64,000 nt of DNA from an uncultured Bacteroidales bacterium. GTDB lineage: Bacteria; Bacteroidota; Bacteroidia; Bacteroidales; PUMT01. The translations under genes were made by a program, and so were the position numbers. Positions within the stretch are counted from its first letter, which is position 1. Each line of letters begins with the position of its first letter. Shown one piece after another: positions 29,887 through 40,244 of this stretch. The notes beneath the pieces were generated by a model, which did not search any database, was not told the DNA's origin, and was given only the letters and a program-made list of their open reading frames with translations. The stretch covers positions 9,672-73,671 of the forward strand of contig CAZFOO010000002.1 of the NCBI GenBank assembly GCA_964520585.1, written 5' to 3'.

Positions 29887-30717
29887 CTATTCAATTATAT
29901 CTGACCTGATATTTTCGATCTTTTCAACAAATGCGTCCAGTTCATCATTTGCCATCGGCGATTCAAGATTTTCAAGGAACTTATAAATATCTTCCAGGCC
30001 GGGATATAAAGAACTTACATAAGTATCATCTTCCAGATCATCCATGAGAGAAAGAAGTTTTTCAAGTGGCTCATCCTGCTGAAGAATTATATCAGTGATC
30101 TCAGTATTGTCCCTGGCACCAATAGCAATTTGCGAGGTAAGGTACATTCCCTCAATCCAGCTTCCGGTCATAACCAATAGAGAAAGATCGGGTCTGCGCG
30201 TTTCGGTAAGATAATTATAAGTATCAATAAACGACTCGGCAACAATATAAATAAGCGAATCTTTATTGTCAAGATTATTTTCTACTCTATCAACAAAATC
30301 CTGGTTAAAGGTTGTTGAAACATTAAGTTCATCTACAAGCTGATTGCATACCTGCAGGTACCTTCTGATGTCCTGGTTCATCTCATATGTGGCGGCATAG
30401 CTAAGGTCGGCACCATAGACTCCGAGATTTAATGCTTTACTTCTTTCAGTAAAATACTTGTCAACATTCGAAGGGGAATTGGATATTCCCAGAATATAAG
30501 GAGCACCAGCCCTTTGAAGTAATTCAACAACCTCAACGGAAGTTGGTATTGGATATTCCTCCACATCCTCAACCTGACGGGCGGTAAGTTCTTCTCTTTC
30601 CTTATTTTCGGTAATGGCACGCGATTCCCCTTCCTGCCTGCTGCCACAGGAAATACTGAATATCCCGATAAAAAAGACAGTTGCAGCCAGGTAAATTGAT
30701 CTCTTTAATGCTTCCAT
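29887..30717 (-). CDS. Hypothetical lipoprotein (all-helical, acidic)
   Basis: Signal peptide with lipobox FSISCG. No recognisable catalytic motif. Confidence 0.55.
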   Translation of the reverse strand: MEALKRSIYLAATVFFIGIFSISCGSRQEGESRAITENKEREELTARQVEDVEEYPIPTSVEVVELLQRAGAPYILGISNSPSNVDKYFTERSKALNLGVYGADLSYAATYEMNQDIRRYLQVCNQLVDELNVSTTFNQDFVDRVENNLDNKDSLIYIVAESFIDTYNYLTETRRPDLSLLVMTGSWIEGMYLTSQIAIGARDNTEITDIILQQDEPLEKLLSLMDDLEDDTYVSSLYPGLEDIYKFLENLESPMANDELDAFVEKIENIRSDIIE

Positions 30718-30912
30718 TGTTTATTGTTTAAGTAATTACTAATTAAAATAAATTTATTTGCAAAAATCGGATGTTAAAAGCAATTTATCTCTAAATATCC
30801 ATGCCGGATAGTTCCGTCCGGACCAACTAGTGTTTCTACCGTATAAATTTATAAAAATTATGTTTCGAATGAAAACTAATTACAGATTATTTTTTCCTGA
30901 TATTTTCCTGAT

Positions 30913-31851
30913 CTACCTCAACGAAAATTCACCTGAACCTATCTGATATCCCTCAGTATAAACATTCACCTGGTAAACGCCCGGGATAAAGCTTCCATCG
31001 TCATTATAATATATACATGCATCAATATCTATATTCTCATAATTGACATCCCGGGAAGCAGTATAGATTAATTCCTCCTCATCCACCATCACAATATTAT
31101 CGGCTGAAGTTGTCAGCACCAGACTATCAGGCCGGATAATCCGGATATAAAGCGTCCGCATCCCGGGTTCTGCTATTGCATTCCTTTTTAGGGTAAAACA
31201 AACCTGAATCTGTTCAACCCTTCCTATCCGGTCAGTTTCACGTCCCCTGCGGTTTATTGATAAAGCTTCAAGATTCTCCACCATCAACCTCGATCCAAGG
31301 TCCACTCTCTCAGAAAGTTCCTCCTTGACTTTTATTTCCTGTTCCAGTTGACTTTCGGCAACCACCGCCTGCTGCCTTACCTGCATATTTTCCTCCCTCA
31401 ATCTTATATTGTCTCTGTTAAGGGAATCAACCTGCACAATATAACTTTTCAAAACATCCCTGAGCGTTCCAAGCTCACTGCGGTACTCACTTATCCTGGC
31501 AGCACTGTTTATCCGGGTACGGTTAAGTTCTTCAATAAGTTTGGTTATTTCCTCCTGACGCGTCTCCAGTTCGGCATTCATATTCTCATTATCTGTCTGA
31601 AGGGCATCATACTCATGCGACAAATCTTCAAGTTCATTAATTAACTCAAATTTTTCCCTTGTCACCTCTTCCAGCTTAATAGCTTCCTGTTTTCTATCAT
31701 AAAGAAGCCAACCCATTACAGCAATCAGAAGCACCAGCGCTGCTGAAAGTGAAATCAATATATAGGTAAGCTTCTTACCTGTCATTTTTGGTCTTGTTCC
31801 TGATCCTTCTGTGCCGGATCTATCGATGCTCGTTCCCATTATTCTATTCAA
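30913..31851 (-). CDS. Hypothetical single-pass membrane protein with a coiled-coil and a C-terminal beta-rich domain
   Basis: One TM helix (LTYILISLSAALVLLIAVMGWLL), about 150 aa of heptad-like E/Q/R/L-rich sequence, then a beta-strand-like C-terminus. Confidence 0.55.
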   Translation of the reverse strand: MNRIMGTSIDRSGTEGSGTRPKMTGKKLTYILISLSAALVLLIAVMGWLLYDRKQEAIKLEEVTREKFELINELEDLSHEYDALQTDNENMNAELETRQEEITKLIEELNRTRINSAARISEYRSELGTLRDVLKSYIVQVDSLNRDNIRLREENMQVRQQAVVAESQLEQEIKVKEELSERVDLGSRLMVENLEALSINRRGRETDRIGRVEQIQVCFTLKRNAIAEPGMRTLYIRIIRPDSLVLTTSADNIVMVDEEELIYTASRDVNYENIDIDACIYYNDDGSFIPGVYQVNVYTEGYQIGSGEFSLR

Positions 31852-31952
31852 TCAGTTTAAATTCAACTTACTATGCTTTTATTTGTCAGGGGTAAAATTA
31901 TGCCATTTATTTAATAAATATTATAGCCCCCAGGTATTATTATAATTCCATC

Positions 31953-33176
31953 TCATTCTTCTGAGGTCTTGTCGACAGCGCTTGCAAAATAGTTGTTGAG
32001 AATTTCTGCCCCCTGAAATACTATCTTCGCGCCATCAGGTAATTTCCCCGGATTTTTGATCTCTACCATTCCATCAATGTTTATGCCAGTAATAACCTTA
32101 ATCTTCATGTATTTATTATTATGGAATGCAAAAATAAAACGGCCATCCTCACAGGTTATTGCAGAGCCGGCGGGAACCAATACTGAATCCTCCGGCTTTT
32201 TTTCATGGCTTATCCAGCCATTAAGTCCGGGTTTAAATATTTCGCCAGCAGATGCAATTACCTGATCATTAATATTGAGCCGAAAAAACCCCGTAACCAA
32301 CTGGTCTTTAGTGATAAACTGACTGATGCCGGTCAGCGTTACAGGGATTGATTTACTGTTTTCAAGTCCGGGAGTGAAAAAAAAATCATCAGATTCTTGA
32401 AACTCCCTAACATCCGAAAGGTCCATATGAGTTTCTGCCGTAAAATTGCCCGGAGAAAAAATCCCGGCTACCTGATGACCCAAATTATAAAATTTCCCTG
32501 TGCCTGAAATACATTTTATTACTGTACCCTCCAACGGAGCATAAATTTCTATCTCATCAACCATACCCGATTTAATGATGCTATCGCCGGATATGCCCAA
32601 AAATGAAAGCTTTCTATCGTATGCTTCAAGAGAAGCCAGTGCAGATTTATAATCGCGTTCGGCAATCTGAAAGCTACGCAATGATGAGGCATAATCAAGA
32701 GAAAGATCTCCTTTACGATGTAATTCCTGTTCATGATAAGCGGTCATCTCTTTTGCTTCAATAAATGCTGATTGCAGCTTGTAGAGTCCGGGATGACCTA
32801 TTACAAAAAGCGGATCGCCCTTTTTTACCTTTTGTCCCTCTTTAACCAGAATTTTATTTATAAAAGCATCCATAGGTAATGATACTCCTGAATAATTATC
32901 ATAATTTAAATTCAACCTGGCCCGGTATATCCCTTTTCCCGGAAGCACAGTGCGATACGGCTTACCGGTTACCAATTTATGCTGAATGTTCTGGACCCCG
33001 GCTGCAGGTATTTCATCCTCACCAAAATGCTCCATATCTGCAGTGTTTTGATCTGTGTTGCCGCAGGCACAGACAAATAAATATATCATGGCCAGAATCT
33101 TTAACACATAACGGGAAGGCCATTTAATGACAGGGACAGAGTACCTATTTAACATAATATTCAAGTTGAATGGCAA
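31953..33176 (-). CDS. Efflux transporter periplasmic adaptor (membrane-fusion protein, HlyD/RND-MFP-like), probable lipoprotein
   Basis: Lipoyl-like motif VKEGQKVKKGDPLFVI, a helical-hairpin region, and beta-barrel-like C-terminal domains. The start is ambiguous (33176 or 33155) and overlaps the upstream TolC-like gene. Confidence 0.65.
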   Translation of the reverse strand: MPFNLNIMLNRYSVPVIKWPSRYVLKILAMIYLFVCACGNTDQNTADMEHFGEDEIPAAGVQNIQHKLVTGKPYRTVLPGKGIYRARLNLNYDNYSGVSLPMDAFINKILVKEGQKVKKGDPLFVIGHPGLYKLQSAFIEAKEMTAYHEQELHRKGDLSLDYASSLRSFQIAERDYKSALASLEAYDRKLSFLGISGDSIIKSGMVDEIEIYAPLEGTVIKCISGTGKFYNLGHQVAGIFSPGNFTAETHMDLSDVREFQESDDFFFTPGLENSKSIPVTLTGISQFITKDQLVTGFFRLNINDQVIASAGEIFKPGLNGWISHEKKPEDSVLVPAGSAITCEDGRFIFAFHNNKYMKIKVITGINIDGMVEIKNPGKLPDGAKIVFQGAEILNNYFASAVDKTSEE

Positions 33177-34377
33177 GTTGATTATATTCGTTCAGAGCTG
33201 TGAGATATCCACGACGAATTTTATAAACATTCTTCATTGATTTAAATACCTGATCAAACTCAATATCTTCCCTTTCATATTGAAGCAGGACGGTCTCCTC
33301 TATGTTTAGAGCATTTTCCAGTGCATGTTGATTGTAATATACTATCTCTTCGTAAAGCTGATCAAGTTTATAGATAATATTGTTTATTATAATTTTCATT
33401 TCATCTCTTTTACTTTCCATTTCATAATGAGAAATGTCTTCGAGTATACGTGATTGCCTGATCTCATTGCGAAATGGCAAGGACCATAAAGGAATTCCCA
33501 AACTTATCTGCCAACCTGTAAAACCATTTAAGCCTTCGATGCTGCGGTTGAAAACCCCGGCAGATATTTCAGGGAACAATCTGGTCCGGGCAAGGGATTT
33601 GTTGAGACCGGCTATCTCGGAAAGAAGTCGGTAATACTCCGTATGCATATTATCACCTGAAAAATTTTTTTCTGTTGAAGAAAAATCAATAAGATACATT
33701 TCAAGATTTATGTCCGGCAGCAATATATCATTATCCCAGGAAATGAGTTGCCTGAGGTTATTGGCAATCATTTCTATGCCTGATTTAATCTTGGAGAGGT
33801 CTGTTTCTGCCTTTGCAGTGGTTGTTCTGATATTTAACAGCTCAATCAATTCTGTTTCCCCTGCCTTATATTGCAGCTCGGCAATCCTCTGCTTTTCCCT
33901 GAAATAGAACAAATGCCTGTCCATCTGCTTTTGCTTCTCATAAAGGTAAAGCCATCTGTACCAATACTGCTTTACCTTCATTTCGAGTTCATTTTGAGTC
34001 ATCTCCAACACTATATGATGTTGCTCCAGCTTTTTAGAATCAATCTGTTTTCTTACGAAATATGAAGGAACAGAGCCGAAGCTTTGCAAAATTTCGAGAT
34101 TATGATCATTGCGGGGAGAAAAGAGCTCTCCCTTTTGAAAAAAGGCTTCCGTTGGGGGGAGCATGGAAAGACCACCTGTTTTGCCTTTGGCAAGCTCTAT
34201 TTCCGCTTCAGCAATACGAATCGGATAATAGTTGTCAGAAGCCATTTCAAGAGCTTTGTCCAGACTTAGGAGCAAGGGATTTTGTTGAGCATAAAACCTG
34301 GCGGGCATCAACAGAAACATAAAAATTAGCAGAGCTAGGTATTTGCGCATCCCAAAAATATTTAACCTGTTGGGCAA
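33145..34377 (-). CDS. TolC-family outer-membrane efflux protein
   Basis: 410 aa with a signal peptide (possible true start MRKYLALLIF at 34350) and two-fold repeated helical/beta architecture typical of OEP/TolC proteins. Confidence 0.7.
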   Translation of the reverse strand: MPNRLNIFGMRKYLALLIFMFLLMPARFYAQQNPLLLSLDKALEMASDNYYPIRIAEAEIELAKGKTGGLSMLPPTEAFFQKGELFSPRNDHNLEILQSFGSVPSYFVRKQIDSKKLEQHHIVLEMTQNELEMKVKQYWYRWLYLYEKQKQMDRHLFYFREKQRIAELQYKAGETELIELLNIRTTTAKAETDLSKIKSGIEMIANNLRQLISWDNDILLPDINLEMYLIDFSSTEKNFSGDNMHTEYYRLLSEIAGLNKSLARTRLFPEISAGVFNRSIEGLNGFTGWQISLGIPLWSLPFRNEIRQSRILEDISHYEMESKRDEMKIIINNIIYKLDQLYEEIVYYNQHALENALNIEETVLLQYEREDIEFDQVFKSMKNVYKIRRGYLTALNEYNQLAIQLEYYVK

Positions 34378-35193
34378 CTATTTTTTTCTGCCGCGTTCAG
34401 GCTGCCCCGATTTATTTTTATAACTCCGGAACAATAGCAAAAATCCGGCGAGAATAAAAGGTATACTTAACCATTGACCCATATTAAGAGTCATTCCGGT
34501 TTCAAATTCAACCTGAACTTCTTTGATAAACTCGATAAAAAACCTTACTGTAAAAAGCAATATCAAAAAAATACTGAATAAAACCCCTTGTTTGGGCTTT
34601 CCGTCAGAACGCCAATAGAGGAAATGGAGCAGCAAGAATATCGCCAGGTACGAAAGTGCTTCATATATCTGGGTAGGATGTTTTGGCACAACTTCACCGG
34701 CCCTGACAAATATAAATCCCCAGGGAAGGTTGGTTTCAACACCATATATTTCTGAATTCATCAGATTTCCCATTCGTATAAAAAACCCTCCAAGAGCCAC
34801 AACAATACCGATTCTGTCAAGTATCCACAAAATGGGCCTCCTGATAGATTTGGAATAATAATAAAGTGCGACAGGTATCCCGATAGCAGCTCCATGACTT
34901 GCCAGTCCTCCTCGCCAAATTTTAAGTATCTCAACAGGATTGCTGAGATAGTACTCGGGTTCATAAAACAGGCAGTGCCCAAGCCGGGCACCGACTATTG
35001 TGCCAATTGCAACATACATGGTGAGTTTGTCAAGCAATTCAACTGAAATGCCTTCTTTCTTGTATACCTTAAGAAATTCCAGGTATCCGAACAAAAAGGC
35101 TGAGGCGAAAAGCAGACCATACCAGCGAATGGCAAAACTGCCAATTCTGAATACTTCAGGATCTACATTCCAGGTAATGGAAGTAAGCAACAT
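34378..35193 (-). CDS. lgt: Prolipoprotein diacylglyceryl transferase
   Basis: Polytopic membrane protein with the RGGLASHGAAIG motif and the conserved N-terminal region FRIGSFAIRWYGL. Confidence 0.85.
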   Translation of the reverse strand: MLLTSITWNVDPEVFRIGSFAIRWYGLLFASAFLFGYLEFLKVYKKEGISVELLDKLTMYVAIGTIVGARLGHCLFYEPEYYLSNPVEILKIWRGGLASHGAAIGIPVALYYYSKSIRRPILWILDRIGIVVALGGFFIRMGNLMNSEIYGVETNLPWGFIFVRAGEVVPKHPTQIYEALSYLAIFLLLHFLYWRSDGKPKQGVLFSIFLILLFTVRFFIEFIKEVQVEFETGMTLNMGQWLSIPFILAGFLLLFRSYKNKSGQPERGRKK

Positions 35194-35489
35194 AACAACA
35201 AAATTTATTGAGGGGTAAATTTATAAAAGAATTGTAAAAAGAAGGGCTTATATAATATTTAATTTATAATTTAATTATATACTGCCCCGTTCTTTAGTCT
35301 GAAAAAGTCGTTCTATAAAATCCATGGCAAGGCAGGTCAGGAAAATTTCTGATTAAATTAAAAGTTATTGGCAGTTTGATTGTTTTCTTAGTGCCTTAAC
35401 CGGATTTTGACAACTTTCTATTGAGTAAATAATCCGCTAAAATCGGGTTATCCACCATCGCAGGAGGGGACTTTAACTGAGACCGCGGG

Positions 35490-35520
35490 TTTCAAAGATT
35501 GACTAAAGTTTGTAAGTTTG
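35490..35520 (+). promoter_or_regulatory. Possible Bacteroidetes-type promoter: -7 TAAGTTTG at 35513-35520, imperfect -33 TTTC at 35490-35493
   Basis: Exact TAnnTTTG 20 nt upstream of the TTG start at 35540. The -33 element is imperfect. Confidence 0.3.
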
Positions 35521-35539
35521 CATCAAAAAAATCAAAATA

Positions 35540-37456
35540 TTGAATCATAAAATATCATATCTGCTGGTGATCCTGCTGATATTAAGCATGGTGATCTCCC
35601 TGTTCCCGCGTTGTGCCAATATCGTGCCACCCACAGGCGGCCCCAGGGACAGTATACCCCCCCAAATTGTGAGTAGTACCCCGTCCAACTACTCCACAGG
35701 AATTTCGGGGACAGACATTCAAATTGAATTTGATGAATTCATTCAATTGCGCAATATTAATCAGCAATTTATTATCACGCCCCCCCAAACAGAAAATCCC
35801 GAATTCAGGGTAAGGGGAAGGAACCTGTATATTGACCTTAAAACAGAACTCATACCAAACACCACATATACCCTGAATTTTGGCGATGCCATAGTGGACC
35901 TTAATGAGGGAAACGCATATTCGAATTTCGAGTTTGTTTTTTCTACAGGAGATGTTATCGATTCTCTGAGCTTTTCCGGCACCGTTTTAAATGCTTTTGA
36001 CAATCAACCTGCCGAAGATGTAATAGTTATGTTATATAATGAACTGCAGGATTCGATCCCCTACAAGCAAATTCCGCTATATGCCAACCGCACGGGAGAA
36101 GACGGACGCTTTCAGCTAAATAATCTGAGGGCAGATACATTTCTGGTATTTGCCCTGAGAGATGTGAATAATAATTACTTATATGACAGGCCCGGAGAAG
36201 AACCTATCGCATTCCGCGATCAATTTATAATACCAGACACCCTAAACGCCGGAGATCAGATTAATAAGCAGCAGCCAGGAAATTCCTCACTTCCTGATTC
36301 TGCCGGTATTAATTGGCACGATGAATCCGTACCAGAAAATATTACCGGAGGGCCCACTGTCATCGCAGAACCAGAAGATACATTGGGACAGATAAATAAT
36401 GAAAACAGTGAAAATTTTACTCCTCCTGATACTCTGAACACTGAGCATAAACATGCTTTTGGTTTCGCTTCAGGCGATACCTTATTCCTTTTTAATGAAG
36501 AAACCGGTAGGCAATATTTAGATTTAACCGAGAGACCGTCAAGGGAGCAACTCCTTTTTGTATTTAATCTACCTCTCAAGGAAGAATGGACTATAGAGCC
36601 TCTCAATTTTGAACCGCCGGAAGACTGGGCAATGGTTGAGAGAAACTTACATAATGACAGCATAATATACTGGATAACCGACCCTGGTACCAGAAATACC
36701 GATAATTTGCAATTTCTTGCTACCTACTTGGCAACCGGTCCGTCAGACTCCCTGGAAATTATCAGAGATACGGTAAATATGAATTACACCACTCCCAGGC
36801 AAACAAGAAGACAGGAGCAATCCACAGAACCTGAAGACAACCTCGAATATGATTTTGATATCCCCTCTGAAGGGAACCAGGAACTAAACAAAGATCTTGG
36901 AATAAAATTTTCAGAGCCATTGCGGGAGACAGACAATGAAAAAACAGATCTGCTGACGGTGCAGGAAAGTGATGAGCAGTCTCAAGATTTTGAATTAATC
37001 CGCGATTCCCTGGAAATAAGAAGGTATTTTATAAAAACAGACTGGATTCCCGGCATGGATTATAAATTTACGGCTGAACCCGGTGCCTTCATAAGCATTT
37101 TTGATAAAGAATCTGACAGTATCGATTTTAATTTCACAACAAGGGCCGGCGACCATTATGGAAGGATATTGCTAACTATGGCCGGAGTGGACACCAATAT
37201 AATTGTGCAACTTCTTGATGAATCAGAAAATGTACTAAAAGAAGATTTTCTCGATAGAGACGGACCTGTTACGTTTGATTACCTTCAGCCTCAGAAATAC
37301 AGGCTCAAAGTAATCTTCGATACCAATAACAATAATCAATGGGATCCCGGAGACTACCTGAAAGGGATACAACCGGAACGAACAGTCTTTTATGGAGAAG
37401 TCATAGCAACCCGGTCTAACTGGGATATTGAAGTTACCTGGGATTTACAGCAATGA
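35540..37456 (+). CDS. Ig-like (SbsA-type) domain-containing lipoprotein
   Basis: TTG start, lipobox LFPRC, and the motif PPTGGPRDSIPPQIV typical of Bacteroidetes Ig-like domain lipoproteins. The middle region is acidic and low-complexity. Confidence 0.6.
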   Translation: MNHKISYLLVILLILSMVISLFPRCANIVPPTGGPRDSIPPQIVSSTPSNYSTGISGTDIQIEFDEFIQLRNINQQFIITPPQTENPEFRVRGRNLYIDLKTELIPNTTYTLNFGDAIVDLNEGNAYSNFEFVFSTGDVIDSLSFSGTVLNAFDNQPAEDVIVMLYNELQDSIPYKQIPLYANRTGEDGRFQLNNLRADTFLVFALRDVNNNYLYDRPGEEPIAFRDQFIIPDTLNAGDQINKQQPGNSSLPDSAGINWHDESVPENITGGPTVIAEPEDTLGQINNENSENFTPPDTLNTEHKHAFGFASGDTLFLFNEETGRQYLDLTERPSREQLLFVFNLPLKEEWTIEPLNFEPPEDWAMVERNLHNDSIIYWITDPGTRNTDNLQFLATYLATGPSDSLEIIRDTVNMNYTTPRQTRRQEQSTEPEDNLEYDFDIPSEGNQELNKDLGIKFSEPLRETDNEKTDLLTVQESDEQSQDFELIRDSLEIRRYFIKTDWIPGMDYKFTAEPGAFISIFDKESDSIDFNFTTRAGDHYGRILLTMAGVDTNIIVQLLDESENVLKEDFLDRDGPVTFDYLQPQKYRLKVIFDTNNNNQWDPGDYLKGIQPERTVFYGEVIATRSNWDIEVTWDLQQ

Positions 37457-37574
37457 AGTATGCACAGGCAGGTTAATGCTCAGGCAAGACAGGATGAAAA
37501 AGTGCCCGGTATCTTATAAAATCTAAAATAGCCGCTCCTGATAATATGTTATCAAATTTAAACACAAATAGTTT

Positions 37575-39110
37575 ATGACTTTTACGATAAAGAAAAAGTG
37601 GACTGTCACAGTCATAATTGCTTTATTAATTATTTCATGTTCTGATACAGAGAACCGGCCTATACGTATACTCACAGGCGGTATCAGGCATGAATCCAAT
37701 ACTTTTTCAACCGATCTGACAATGGAAGGGGATTTTACAGTGCTAAGGGGAGAAGAGGTTCTGGAAAATTCCGAATGGGCAGAGCATTTTTCCGGTACGC
37801 AGACCCGGTTTATCCCCACCCTTCATGCCTATGCAAGACCTTACGGGGTAGTTTCACGCGAAGCTTTCGAAAAGTTTATGGGAGAAATAACTGAAGGGGT
37901 AAGGCAATCCGGTGAAATTGACGGGATATATTTGGACATGCATGGAGCTCTGCATGCAGAGGGCTATGAAGATGCTCAGGAATATCTCATTAAGGAGATC
38001 AGAAAGGTGGCGGGAGAAAATGTTTTGATCAGTGGCAGTTTCGATCTGCACGGAAATATGTCGGCCGGCTTTGTTAATGAGCTCGATATTCTTACAGCTT
38101 TCCGAACAGCTCCTCATGTGGATGGAAATGAAACAAAGATCCGGGCCATTCAACTGCTTACCGGGGCAATCAAAAATTCCATGAAACCCGCTATTGTTCA
38201 CATTCCTGTACCTGTCCTTATTCCAGGAGAAAAGGGTATTACTTTCGTTGAACCGCTATATTCGATTTATGAAAGGCTCCCGGAAATATCAGAAAAAGAG
38301 GGAATTCTGGATGCATCCGTATTTATAGGCTGTGCCTGGTCCGATCTTAAAAGGACATCCATCACCGTTCAGGTAGTAGCTGAAGATTCTTCATACATGG
38401 CGATGGCCGAGAACGAAGCAAGAAAATTAGCGGCAGATATCTGGAATATCCGTAGCGAACTTGAATTTGAAGTACCTGTGGCGGAAATTGATGATGCTAT
38501 AGATGTTGCCCTTGATGATCCTGCCCAAACGGTATATATATCAGATTCCGGAGATAATACTACTGCCGGAGCTGCGGGTGACATTCCCCTGGTTCTGGAA
38601 AGGCTTATTGCAAAGGGTGTAAAAGATGCTGTTGTGGCGGGCATCGTTGACAGGAAAGCTGTTCTGGAATGCATTGAAAATGGAACCGGATCAAGAGTTA
38701 AATTGGACATCGGGGGTAAGCTGGATACTGTTTTTGGAAGCCCGCTCCCAGTAGATGGATTTGTAAAAAGCATTACCCAAACCAGCCATAATGATACCGC
38801 TGCCATTGTCAATGTGTCAGGTATAGATGTTGTTCTTCTGAGCCAGCGGCGTTCATTTACAAGGATCGGGGATTTTAATGATTTGAATATTGATCCCCTG
38901 GGCTATAAAATAGTTGTAGTGAAACTGGGTTATCTGTATCCCGAATTACGGGAAATAGCTCCAAAGTCGATAATGGCATTAACCCCGGGCATGGCATACC
39001 AGGTTGTTGAAAAACTTCCCTATAAGAACATACAAAGACCGATATATCCACTGGATCCCGATATGGAATGGGATCCGTACGAATACCCTTTCCCGGAAAC
39101 TAAAAATTAA
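37575..39110 (+). CDS. M81 family metallopeptidase (MlrC-like), lipoprotein
   Basis: Lipobox LIISCS, the N-terminal MlrC-type motif GGIRHESNTFS, and size and C-terminal domain consistent with the MlrC family. Confidence 0.65.
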   Translation: MTFTIKKKWTVTVIIALLIISCSDTENRPIRILTGGIRHESNTFSTDLTMEGDFTVLRGEEVLENSEWAEHFSGTQTRFIPTLHAYARPYGVVSREAFEKFMGEITEGVRQSGEIDGIYLDMHGALHAEGYEDAQEYLIKEIRKVAGENVLISGSFDLHGNMSAGFVNELDILTAFRTAPHVDGNETKIRAIQLLTGAIKNSMKPAIVHIPVPVLIPGEKGITFVEPLYSIYERLPEISEKEGILDASVFIGCAWSDLKRTSITVQVVAEDSSYMAMAENEARKLAADIWNIRSELEFEVPVAEIDDAIDVALDDPAQTVYISDSGDNTTAGAAGDIPLVLERLIAKGVKDAVVAGIVDRKAVLECIENGTGSRVKLDIGGKLDTVFGSPLPVDGFVKSITQTSHNDTAAIVNVSGIDVVLLSQRRSFTRIGDFNDLNIDPLGYKIVVVKLGYLYPELREIAPKSIMALTPGMAYQVVEKLPYKNIQRPIYPLDPDMEWDPYEYPFPETKN

Positions 39111-39117
39111 TAATTCG

Positions 39118-39990
39118 TCATGCCGGCGGTATTCCCCGGTATTTTTTGAATCTTGCGCCAAGCTGAAGATCTTTTGAGGTAACGCAAAGAACCGGAACAG
39201 GAGATTTGCTGAGCATCTGCTGGGCATTACTGCCCAGTAAAAAATTCCGGAATGAAGATTCCTGCTCAGTCATAATTGAAATAAGGTCCATTTTCTCGTT
39301 ACGGGCATATTCAATTATCGTTTCGGGAATGTCTTCTCCCTTACGTATGGTGACAACTGTTTCAATTCCATTCTCTTCAAAATAATCCGAAACTTGATTT
39401 GACCATGATTTGATCCTTTGCATAAGATCCGGATCATTCCCTGACGATACGCCCATAACGTGAACCTTTGCCCCGAAATGTTTTGCTATCTTAAGAGTAT
39501 ATGGTACTTTCTGCCGGGTTTCCATTGTGTAATCAACCGGAAGAAGTATCCTTGCGATATTGTTAGGAACAATTCCGTATTTTATAGCAAATACAGGGCA
39601 TTCGCTTGCAGTTATTATCTTTAAAGCATTGCTCCCGATGAATAATTCCTCAAAACCCGAGGCCCCATGGGTAGATACTGCGATCAGAGAACCTTCAAAA
39701 GACTCAGCCTGCTCCACAACTTCATCATAGATCTTCCCTTTTTTTATTATATATGTCAACTCAACTCCATCAGGAAGTTTATGAGCATACTCTTCCTGAA
39801 TTTCCATAAACCTGTTTTTGGCGAAACTGTTTTCCTCATCCCGGGAAATTTGAGAGAAATCCGAGCTTCTTTTAACAACATAAACCATTTGGATATTGGC
39901 TTTTGTTCTTGAAGAAATTATCAAGGCCAGATCAAGCCCGTTCATAGATTCTTTCGAAAAATCGAGTGGAACAATTATCTGCTTCATCAC
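39118..39990 (-). CDS. Universal stress protein, tandem UspA domains
   Basis: Two repeats of the Usp fold pattern (IIVPLDFS...VSTHGASGFEELFIGSNA and ILLPVDYT...LGSNAQQMLSKSPVPVL). Confidence 0.8.
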   Translation of the reverse strand: MMKQIIVPLDFSKESMNGLDLALIISSRTKANIQMVYVVKRSSDFSQISRDEENSFAKNRFMEIQEEYAHKLPDGVELTYIIKKGKIYDEVVEQAESFEGSLIAVSTHGASGFEELFIGSNALKIITASECPVFAIKYGIVPNNIARILLPVDYTMETRQKVPYTLKIAKHFGAKVHVMGVSSGNDPDLMQRIKSWSNQVSDYFEENGIETVVTIRKGEDIPETIIEYARNEKMDLISIMTEQESSFRNFLLGSNAQQMLSKSPVPVLCVTSKDLQLGARFKKYRGIPPA

Positions 39991-40244
39991 AAAATATTTA
40001 GTCTCTTATGCAATGGTTAATATTAATTTTTAAATTTTACGTAAAAAGACACAACTTAGTTATACAAAATCCATATTTTCTGGCATTTTAAATTATTTTT
40101 TTATTTGAACATCACAGCAATCTTCAATTCATCTCATCAGATAAAATCCGGAAGTATCACACGAGTCATATTTTAAATAGTAAATAACGAAGGTTACAAT
40201 TTTTCTTTCCGGAATAAATGATATTGTTTAAAATTTTTTACATT

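Noticed and set aside
36256-36663. 135-aa minus-strand ORF. Similar cases: 38369-38812, 61493-61942, 23319-23603, 24468-24785 and 46433-46789
   Set aside because: All lie antisense within well-supported genes (Ig-like lipoprotein, M81 peptidase, pheS, OmpA-family, dxs, fucI) and have low-complexity translations.
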